Source of the DNA: an uncultured Candidatus Saccharibacteria bacterium
Lineage (GTDB): Bacteria > Patescibacteriota > Andersenbacteria > UBA10190
NCBI GenBank assembly: GCA_964610055.1
Contig: CAZSUC010000001.1
Location: 351,994 to 415,993 of the forward strand
Direction: 5' to 3'
DNA: 64,000 nt
Shown here: positions 16,655 to 24,066 of the stretch, in pieces
Layout of the letters: each line of letters opens with the position of its first letter
How positions within the stretch are numbered: position 1 is the first letter of the stretch
Made by a program: the position numbers and the translations under genes
The notes under the pieces: generated by a model
The model's database searches: none
Seen by the model: the letters and a program-made list of their open reading frames with translations, nothing else
Told to the model about the DNA's origin: nothing

Positions 16655-17725
16655 ATGAACATCGTCCTTATGGCTGGCGGCGGGGGAACTCGTCTTTGGC
16701 CCTTATCTCGATCTCACACTCCTAAACAATTTCTGGATTTTGGTACCAGCACCACTTTATTAGAACTAGCCTACCAACGCGCCGCTCGTATTGTCTCACC
16801 TGATCATATTTATCTCGCCACCCGCGTCGATTACGCTGATCGTAGTCGTCAGCTTTTGCCTAATATTCCCGCTGAGCGGATTTTTCTCGAGCCAGAAAAA
16901 CGCGACACCACCGCGGCTTTTGCTTCTGTTGCTTTGCGTTTGCGTCATGCTGGCCAAGGCCAAGAGCCGGTAATTTTCATGTGGTGCGATCATATTTTTA
17001 CTAACGAAGATGAATTCATCGGTGATCTTAAAAAAGTTTCTGATTTACTTGCTGCTCATCCTGAATCATTGCTCCTGTTAGGTCATGTACCGGTAACTCC
17101 GGAAACAACTCTCGGGTACATCGAATCTGATACACCAATTTCCGGATACGACGATGTCTTTAACGTGAAACAATTTCGCGAAAAACCAGACCGCGCCACC
17201 GCCGAACAATTTGTTGCTTCCGGCAATTTCTTTTGGAACCTGGGTTACTTTTCAACAACTCCTGATTATTTTATTCAAGCCTTATCTAAATTCGCCCCTG
17301 ATCTGACTCTTGTAATTTCTGCCTATGCCGATAGTTTAACGTCTGGTGATGAAGATAAAATTACAGCTGCATTTCATAACTTCCCTAAACTCTCTATCGA
17401 ATATACTTTAATTGAAAAATTGCCTCACATTATCGCTATCACTGGCAATTACGGTTGGAGCGATGTTGGTAACTGGAACATTGTTAAAGAAATTTTTGGT
17501 GATCTCGGTGTTAAAAGTTTAACCGGTGCCCCGCATCTCAACATTGGTTCAGAAAACACGTATATCTATAACGAAACCGACAAAGCTGTTACTTTGATTG
17601 GTATGAAAAACACGATTGTTGTTGTGACCAAAGACGCCATTCTGATTACTGACATTAACGAATCTTCGCGCGTTAAAGAAGCCGTCCAAAAACTTGAAGA
17701 ATCAGGCTCGAATCATCTCTTATGA
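16655..17725 (+). CDS. mannose-1-phosphate guanylyltransferase-like sugar nucleotidyltransferase
   Basis: N-terminal LMAGGGGTRLWPLS…PKQF nucleotidyltransferase signature. Confidence 0.7.
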   Translation: MNIVLMAGGGGTRLWPLSRSHTPKQFLDFGTSTTLLELAYQRAARIVSPDHIYLATRVDYADRSRQLLPNIPAERIFLEPEKRDTTAAFASVALRLRHAGQGQEPVIFMWCDHIFTNEDEFIGDLKKVSDLLAAHPESLLLLGHVPVTPETTLGYIESDTPISGYDDVFNVKQFREKPDRATAEQFVASGNFFWNLGYFSTTPDYFIQALSKFAPDLTLVISAYADSLTSGDEDKITAAFHNFPKLSIEYTLIEKLPHIIAITGNYGWSDVGNWNIVKEIFGDLGVKSLTGAPHLNIGSENTYIYNETDKAVTLIGMKNTIVVVTKDAILITDINESSRVKEAVQKLEESGSNHLL

Positions 17726-18735
17726 TTAAGATTACTAACTGGAAGCGCTTTTTCGCTTTTCTGATTGGCTTAATCGTCCTGCTTAGCCTTTTTCTTTTCT
17801 TTCGCCCTTGGCAAAATACCACCATTAAACGCAGTGGTGAGTTTGTAATCGCTGACGGCGTTCCTGCTGGTACTGTCTGGTCGAATTTAGTTTCCCAAAA
17901 TTTTAGTGCGCACATTTTTCCTTGGCGTTATCTTGCTTGGAAAATGTCCGCTGCTTCACAACTTAAATCCGGTACTTATCACTTAAATGTTGGAGAGTCA
18001 GCCGCAGATGTTATCCATCGGTTTATTTCCGGCGATGTTATTCCCGATGAACTCTCCTTAGTTTTTCCCGAAGGTTTTACTTTAGATCAAATTGCCGCTC
18101 GCGCTGCGGCCAAAGGTATTGGCACCGCTGCTGATTTTAAAGCCGCGGCCAAGCCTAATGCCTATACTGACCGCTTTTCTTTTCTCACCGATATTCCGGC
18201 TGGCCGTGATTTAGAAGGTTATCTTTTTCCTGATACCTACCAAGTTTTTGCCGATGATGATCCCGACGCTCTCATCACTCGTATGTTAGCCAATTTCAAC
18301 ACGAAACTATCTGACGAATTACGAGCAGACATTGCTGCATCCGGTCGTTCGCTTGACCAAATTGTTATCATGGCCAGTATTGTCGAGCGGGAAGTACAAA
18401 CCGACGATGATATGGCGACTGTCGCCGGTATTCTTTGGAAACGCTTTGACGAAGGGATGGGCTTAGATGTTGATGCTACTGTTCGCTATGTCCTGGATAA
18501 ATGGGACGGTGCTCTGACTGTAACTGATTTAGCCACGGATTCGCTGTACAACACTCGCAAATACGCCGGTCTGCCGCCCGGACCCATTAGTAATCCCGGT
18601 TTGCGCGCTCTAACTGCTGCTATCCGTCCCGAATCTTCCAACTACTATTATTATCTTTCCGCTCCAGACGGAACCACCTACTTTGCTCGCACTAACGACG
18701 AGCATAACCAGAATAAAGCGCAGTATCTCAAATGA
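17722..18735 (+). CDS. mltG: endolytic murein transglycosylase MltG (YceG family)
   Basis: N-terminal transmembrane segment plus the YceG motifs (FPEGFTL.QIA, YLFPDTYQ, ASIVEREV). Confidence 0.8.
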   Translation: MIKITNWKRFFAFLIGLIVLLSLFLFFRPWQNTTIKRSGEFVIADGVPAGTVWSNLVSQNFSAHIFPWRYLAWKMSAASQLKSGTYHLNVGESAADVIHRFISGDVIPDELSLVFPEGFTLDQIAARAAAKGIGTAADFKAAAKPNAYTDRFSFLTDIPAGRDLEGYLFPDTYQVFADDDPDALITRMLANFNTKLSDELRADIAASGRSLDQIVIMASIVEREVQTDDDMATVAGILWKRFDEGMGLDVDATVRYVLDKWDGALTVTDLATDSLYNTRKYAGLPPGPISNPGLRALTAAIRPESSNYYYYLSAPDGTTYFARTNDEHNQNKAQYLK

Positions 18736-19181
18736 GTCTAAATCCCGCACGCAATTACTACACAGTCGTTATTTCTAGTTACGTTCTTTTCCAGCGTGAC
18801 AACCAAGTTTTGCTTGCTCGCCGCATCAATACTGGTTATCGCGATGGCGAATATGGTGTCCCGGCTGGGCATATTGAAAAAGACGAGTTTGCCACCGAAG
18901 CAGCTATCCGTGAAATCAAGGAAGAAGTCGGAGTAAGGATAAAACCAGGCGATCTACGAATCGCCCACATTATGCACCGACATTGCGGTGACCACGAACG
19001 CATTGACTTCTTTTTTACTGCTACGCAATGGGAAGGTGAAATTACTAATACCGAACCGGAAAAATGCGATGACTTGCGCTGGTTTGCCTGGGACAGTTTG
19101 CCAACCAACACTATTCATTACGTTCGCGCCGCCATTGAGCGTTGGCACCAAGGCCAGTTCTTTTCTGAATTTACCGAATAA
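18732..19181 (+). CDS. NUDIX hydrolase
   Basis: Nudix box GHIEKDEFATEAAIREIKEEVGV (Gx5Ex7REUxEExGU). Confidence 0.8.
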   Translation: MSLNPARNYYTVVISSYVLFQRDNQVLLARRINTGYRDGEYGVPAGHIEKDEFATEAAIREIKEEVGVRIKPGDLRIAHIMHRHCGDHERIDFFFTATQWEGEITNTEPEKCDDLRWFAWDSLPTNTIHYVRAAIERWHQGQFFSEFTE

Positions 19182-19206
19182 AGCTCTAGTTCAAAAGTAA
19201 AAGAAA

Positions 19207-19238
19207 ACGGAGATAGACTCTAATGAGTCTATCTCCGT
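19207..19238 (-). terminator. rho-independent terminator (perfect 14-bp hairpin) downstream of the GC-rich gene
   Basis: acggagatagactc-taat-gagtctatctccgt. On the minus strand it is followed by a T-rich tract. Confidence 0.55.
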
Positions 19239-19260
19239 TGTGACACCAAAGTTCCAAAGT

Positions 19261-19893
19261 TCAAGCAACCACGCTTTCGGCGGACGGCACGCCCCACTTA
19301 GAGTCAACAATACTGCGCCGGCTGTCGAGCCTCGACACTCCGTGGTCCCCCCGATAGAGGTACGGCACACCCCCTGAGTCGTAGTAGCGAGAGCCGGTGA
19401 GATTCAAATCGTGGTGCTCCTCCAGCACCTCCGGAAAAATGATGGCGTGGACTAGGCCGTACCAGACCAGGTAAGAGATCCGGCCTTCAGCCTGGATATT
19501 TCCCATGGAGACGTTGGGCGCGATATTGCGCCGCCAATGCCCGTCTTCCACTCCCAAGAGTAAGTGGGCGCCGGCAGGAGCCAGTTCCAGGTCGATGAGG
19601 CATTCAGGATCGAGGTGGTTCCGACCTTTGATCCCGTTGACCTCCACCAAGGCCATGAGACCATTCAAGTCCAGCACCTCAGGTCGGCGCGGGACAACAA
19701 TGAACAGCTGCGGCATATTCGGCACGACCCTCGCCAGCCGATCCACGTCTGCCTTGCGCAGATCCAGGCCTTTGTCCTGCAAAATGCCTACCTGAAACTC
19801 AAAGAGTTCCTTGGGCGTGGGCAGCGGGATGACCGGCGCTTGCAACGCGCGGTACTGCGCATACGATAAGACAGGACGAGTCACGCTAGACAT
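19261..19893 (-). CDS. hypothetical protein encoded in a ~60% GC island
   Basis: 210-aa ORF. Local GC is about 60-67%, against about 40% in the flanks. The many overlapping spurious ORFs on both strands here are typical of high-GC DNA. No recognisable motif family. Confidence 0.5.
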   Translation of the reverse strand: MSSVTRPVLSYAQYRALQAPVIPLPTPKELFEFQVGILQDKGLDLRKADVDRLARVVPNMPQLFIVVPRRPEVLDLNGLMALVEVNGIKGRNHLDPECLIDLELAPAGAHLLLGVEDGHWRRNIAPNVSMGNIQAEGRISYLVWYGLVHAIIFPEVLEEHHDLNLTGSRYYDSGGVPYLYRGDHGVSRLDSRRSIVDSKWGVPSAESVVA

Positions 19894-19979
19894 GATCTAC
19901 TCCTTCGAAAAACCAAGTTTGAACCGTGAAAAGAGCCAAGTGCAATATCTTTATATCCCACGCATATCAGATGATTGTC

Positions 19980-20145
19980 AACATTGCAAATAAAACCAAA
20001 TTATGGCATACAATAACTAGTCATCCCAAGACCCAAGGCACCCATAAGTCCTTGGCAGGAAGGCAAAGAGGGGATAGTCAAAACTATCCGGTCGAACCTT
20101 TGCAACCCCATTTCCGCGGATGATCGCGGTTTTTTATTACCGCTT
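19980..20145 (+). promoter_or_regulatory. rplJ leader: putative promoter (TTGCAA…TACAAT) and structured L10-leader-like 5'UTR with attenuator hairpin plus T-tract
   Basis: TTGCAA (19982-19987) and TACAAT (20007-20012). Hairpins at 20071-20090 (ggatagtcaaaactatcc) and 20114-20129 (ccgcggatgatcgcgg), then TTTTTTATT, directly upstream of rplJ. Confidence 0.4.
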
Positions 20146-20170
20146 AAAATATCAACAAGTTATTCTCTTT

Positions 20171-20698
20171 ATGGCATTAACTCGCCAACAAAAAGAAGCA
20201 AAAGTAGTTGAAGCGGAAAATCATCTGAAATCTGCTCAAGCCGTGGTTTTCATGGCTTATGATGCCCTCGGAGTTAGCGATAGCGAAGAGCTGCGTGATC
20301 AGCTCTTTACCGCTGGCGTCCGTATGCGGGTTATTCCTAAACGCTTATTGCGTTTAGCGGCTCAAAACCTTAAGCTCGAGTTAAAATGTCCGGACTATGA
20401 TGGACAGATTGCTCTGCTTTGGTCGGATGCTGATGTTGTTGCTCCAGCAAAAACCTTACGTGAATTCGCCAAAAAACATGACAATGTTTCTATGGTCGAA
20501 GGAATCATGGAAGGTCGGGTTTTAACAACGGATGAAGTCCAAGCCTTAGCCCAATTACCAGGTCTGGAAGAATTACGCGCCAAGTTCGTTGGTACTATTG
20601 CCAACCCGATGCGTGGTTTTGTCTCCGTCTTATCTGGTACACAACGTGGATTAGTGTGCGCTTTAAAGGCAATCGCTGATTCCAAACCAACAGCTTAA
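20171..20698 (+). CDS. rplJ: 50S ribosomal protein uL10
   Basis: MALTRQQKEAKV… is the L10 N-terminus. The ORF track shows the frame open from 20120, but Met 20171 fits L10. rplL follows. Confidence 0.9.
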   Translation: MALTRQQKEAKVVEAENHLKSAQAVVFMAYDALGVSDSEELRDQLFTAGVRMRVIPKRLLRLAAQNLKLELKCPDYDGQIALLWSDADVVAPAKTLREFAKKHDNVSMVEGIMEGRVLTTDEVQALAQLPGLEELRAKFVGTIANPMRGFVSVLSGTQRGLVCALKAIADSKPTA

Positions 20699-20721
20699 TT
20701 ATTTAATCATCTAAATTTCCT

Positions 20722-21132
20722 ATGGCTGAAGATACTGAAAAAACAGTCGAGGTTCCTGCCAAGTTCAAGGATCTCGTTAAACAAATCGAAGACATGTCCG
20801 TTTTGGACTTATCTGAATTAGTCAAAATTTTGGAAGACAAATTTGGAGTTTCTGCGGCTGCTCCAGTCGCTATGATGGCTCCTGCTGCTGGCGGTGACGC
20901 TGCGGCCGCTGTTGAAGAAAAATCAGTCTTCAACATCGAATTAACTTCTGCTGGTGCTCAAAAAATTGCTGTCATCAAAGCTGTCCGTGAAATTACCGGC
21001 TTAGGCTTAAAAGACGCAAAAGACTTAGTTGAAAAAGCTCCTGCCACCGTTAAAGAAAACGTGAAAAAGGAAGAAGCCGAAGAACTCAAAAAGAAGTTAG
21101 AAGAAGCTGGCGCTTCTGTCGAACTCAAATAA
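20722..21132 (+). CDS. rplL: 50S ribosomal protein bL12 (L7/L12)
   Basis: N-terminal dimerisation helix, an Ala/Pro hinge and the C-terminal domain …[24 protein letters not shown]…. Confidence 0.95.
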   Translation: MAEDTEKTVEVPAKFKDLVKQIEDMSVLDLSELVKILEDKFGVSAAAPVAMMAPAAGGDAAAAVEEKSVFNIELTSAGAQKIAVIKAVREITGLGLKDAKDLVEKAPATVKENVKKEEAEELKKKLEEAGASVELK

Positions 21133-21162
21133 TTTCAAATCGCTTTTACGCGGTCCGTTTTC

Positions 21163-21190
21163 GCCAGCCGTTCAACCGGCTGGCTTTCGG
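21163..21190 (+). terminator. rho-independent terminator after rplL
   Basis: gccagccg-ttcaac-cggctggc followed by TTTCGGTATTT. Confidence 0.6.
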
Positions 21191-21234
21191 TATTTAGCGT
21201 AAATCCAGTATGATAAGACTAAGACATCCTTCGT

Positions 21235-21615
21235 ATGTACCACCATTATTTCTATTGGCAGTTTGTGGTTGCTCCGCTTTGGTTAATGCGTTTATTCGGT
21301 AATTTGGAACGCGCTTTAATTCGTTTTTTTTCAGTGCCGGTTATGTTGCGCTATCTATTTGCTCCGTGGCATAAAGATACGATCTCATATCGGCAGGGAA
21401 GTATCAGTGGAATTTTAGAAGCTTTTGGTTTGAACATGGTTTCTCGCGGCGTCGGCGCTGTCATTCGCTCATTTGTTTTAGTTGCTTTTTTTGTCAGCCA
21501 ATTAGCCCTTCTTGTTTTTGCTTTTATTACATTTACCAGTTTTCTACTCCTGCCTTTCCTGGCTGTTTTTCTGGTAATCAGTGGCCTCTTATTACTACGT
21601 AACACTTTAGCATGA
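21235..21615 (+). CDS. small polytopic membrane protein (hypothetical), translationally coupled to the downstream Clp-like gene
   Basis: 126-aa hydrophobic ORF. Its stop overlaps the next start (ATGA). Confidence 0.45.
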   Translation: MYHHYFYWQFVVAPLWLMRLFGNLERALIRFFSVPVMLRYLFAPWHKDTISYRQGSISGILEAFGLNMVSRGVGAVIRSFVLVAFFVSQLALLVFAFITFTSFLLLPFLAVFLVISGLLLLRNTLA

Positions 21616-24065
21616 CCTCTGCTCTCACCAAAACTGATTTACATCGTTCTCAAGCTTACCGCGCTTATGCTGCTTATGATCTACTGTCTTCTGGTGTCTC
21701 CTTAACTATCTGGATTCTTCTAACGTTAATCACGGTAGTTTTATATCTAATTTCTGTCTTGCAAGCCAATCAGCTTATTTTTGGGATGAGCTTAATTTCA
21801 GCCGGCTTTAGTATTTTGGGTTGGTTATTTTACCTTTTTGGCATAACTTATTTGCCCACCAATGCCGCGCTTAAGTCCAAATCAGCGCAAAATTTACTTG
21901 ATTCTTGCAGCTTTGCTTCTTTGCGTCTTTTAGTACCTGTTATTGACCAGTCTAACGCTGTGGCTCAACTTTTATCACGTGTGTTAGATTGCCGCCCTGG
22001 ACGTGCTTTCTTGCGACGCATCCAAACTGATCCAGAAAACTTATCTTCTAGCCTCACTGCCACTGTCTTACCGCATATTACTTTATCCGATTGGCTACAA
22101 GCCGCTCTTCCTTTAACTCACACCTCTCCTGTCGGCGTTATCGAACCAGAGCATTTATTAGCTGCCTTATTGCTTCATCCGCAGGCTCAAGGCTTGATCC
22201 GTGCTTTTGATCTGCAAGAAGACGACATCAATTTTATTTCTTGGTGGTTAGTTTCCGCTCGTTTTTATCGAGCGCAAGCTCGGCGCTGGTGGAATCCTGA
22301 ACGCTTGTTAGCATTTTCTGGTATTGGTTTATCTTGGGCCTCTGGTTTCACCCCGTTAGTTGATCGGTATTCTCGGATTCCTCGCGGAAATCTTTGGGAT
22401 GATTTCTTGGTTGGCCGCACTCAATATGTCGATCAACTCATCACAACTTTAGCTCGCCAACGGCAAAGCAATGTTTTGCTGGTCGGTCAACCAGGTGTTG
22501 GTCGTATCGGTATTGTTCGAGAATTAGCTCGTCGAATTAGTGCTAGCCAAGCCCATCCTGTGCTTAATGGCCAAAAACTAGTTTATCTGCATATCGGTGA
22601 ATTAATTGGCTTAAGTAGTACTGCTTCTAATCAACTTTCTGTTTTTGCCACCGTCCTAAACGAAATGGAGCGAGCCGGAAATATTATTGCTGTCTTCGAC
22701 GGAATTAGCAGTGTCTTAGCGCAGCCAAACGGTAGCTCTTTGGATTTAACCGAAGTTTTATTGCCTTTCTTCTCTTCTCGTACTGTCCGTGTTGTCGTCA
22801 TGCTGTCATATGACGACTATCATTTACGCCTAAAAAACAATCCAGAATTACTCCATCTCTTTGAAACAATTCTCATTCAAGAACCTGGTGTTAACGACAC
22901 TCTCAAAACCCTCGCTTTAGCTACCCCTAGCATTGAAACTGAGACCAGTGTTTATTTACCGTATCAATCTTTACACACCTTAGTTGAAGGCACGGCCGAT
23001 TTAATGCCTGATATTCCGTTTCCGGAACGAGCCTTCGATATCTTAGAAGAAGCCTTAGTTCAGGCTCAGTCTAATCATCAACGTCAAATTCTCGTCACTG
23101 ATATTGATAATTTATTAAGTCGTAAAACTGGTATTCCGTTCGGGCAAATCCGTTCCTCTGAAGCTGAGCGCTTACTAAATCTCGAAGATATTATGCATCA
23201 GCGTCTTATTAATCAGCATCAGGCCGTACAAGCCATTAGTCGCGCCTTAGTCCGAGCTCGCGCCGGTATTCGCAATCCTCATCGTCCGATCGGTACCTTT
23301 TTATTCCTTGGCCCAACCGGAGTCGGAAAAACTGAAACTGCAAAAACTTTAGCGGATGCCTACTTTGGATCAGATGACTATGTTTTACGCTTTGATATGT
23401 CAGAATTTCAAACTGAAGAGGGGATTGCTCAATTAATTGGCAGTCATTCCAATCCAATTGGCCGCCTTACTTCCGCCATTTCCGATCACCCTTTCGCTGT
23501 TTTATTACTCGATGAATTCGAAAAAGCTCATCCCGCAGTTCATCAATTATTTTTACAAGTTTTAGATGAAGGGCATTTAACTGACGCGCGTGGACATACT
23601 GTTTCATTTAAACACGCCATTATTATCGCGACTAGCAATGCTGGCTCGGAAATGATTCGTGAAGAAGTTAAAGACGGTCATGTTCCAACCGATTTCTCTC
23701 GTCGTCTCACAGAGTATATTTTGTCTCAAGCTATTTTCCGTCCCGAACTTCTTAATCGTTTTGATGGCGTGATTACTTTTGTACCGCTAACTCCTGATCA
23801 TATTCGCGCAGTCGCTCGTTTAATGTTGGCTAAATTAAATCATCGTCTTGATGATAGGCACGGAGTCACTTTAGATGTCACTGATGAATTGCTTGATTTT
23901 CTAGTTACTCATGGCTACGATCCTGAATTTGGTGCTCGTCCCATGGATCGTCTCATCCAAAATACTTTAGAATACGCCATCGGTCGCCGCTTATTACAAT
24001 CTGATCTACGTCCTGGCGACACTTTGCATTTTAGCCTGACTGAACTGCAAGCCTTATTAAATTAA
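21612..24065 (+). CDS. membrane-anchored ClpA/ClpC-like two-module AAA+ protein with degenerate D1 and intact D2
   Basis: N-terminal transmembrane helices (about 2-3), then Clp_N-like repeats (…EHLLAALLLHPQ…). D1 has GQPGVGRIG in place of GxPGVGKT and FDGISS in place of hhhDE. D2 is canonical: GPTGVGKTETAKTLA, LLLDEFEKAHP, ATSNAG, and the C-terminal ClpB_D2-small region. Confidence 0.75.
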   Translation: MTSALTKTDLHRSQAYRAYAAYDLLSSGVSLTIWILLTLITVVLYLISVLQANQLIFGMSLISAGFSILGWLFYLFGITYLPTNAALKSKSAQNLLDSCSFASLRLLVPVIDQSNAVAQLLSRVLDCRPGRAFLRRIQTDPENLSSSLTATVLPHITLSDWLQAALPLTHTSPVGVIEPEHLLAALLLHPQAQGLIRAFDLQEDDINFISWWLVSARFYRAQARRWWNPERLLAFSGIGLSWASGFTPLVDRYSRIPRGNLWDDFLVGRTQYVDQLITTLARQRQSNVLLVGQPGVGRIGIVRELARRISASQAHPVLNGQKLVYLHIGELIGLSSTASNQLSVFATVLNEMERAGNIIAVFDGISSVLAQPNGSSLDLTEVLLPFFSSRTVRVVVMLSYDDYHLRLKNNPELLHLFETILIQEPGVNDTLKTLALATPSIETETSVYLPYQSLHTLVEGTADLMPDIPFPERAFDILEEALVQAQSNHQRQILVTDIDNLLSRKTGIPFGQIRSSEAERLLNLEDIMHQRLINQHQAVQAISRALVRARAGIRNPHRPIGTFLFLGPTGVGKTETAKTLADAYFGSDDYVLRFDMSEFQTEEGIAQLIGSHSNPIGRLTSAISDHPFAVLLLDEFEKAHPAVHQLFLQVLDEGHLTDARGHTVSFKHAIIIATSNAGSEMIREEVKDGHVPTDFSRRLTEYILSQAIFRPELLNRFDGVITFVPLTPDHIRAVARLMLAKLNHRLDDRHGVTLDVTDELLDFLVTHGYDPEFGARPMDRLIQNTLEYAIGRRLLQSDLRPGDTLHFSLTELQALLN

Positions 24066-24066
24066 T

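Noticed and set aside
19452-19993. Several long ORFs on both strands overlapping the 19261-19893 gene
   Set aside because: These are typical stop-codon-poor shadow ORFs of high-GC DNA. Only the 210-aa minus-strand ORF spans the island and carries a downstream terminator.
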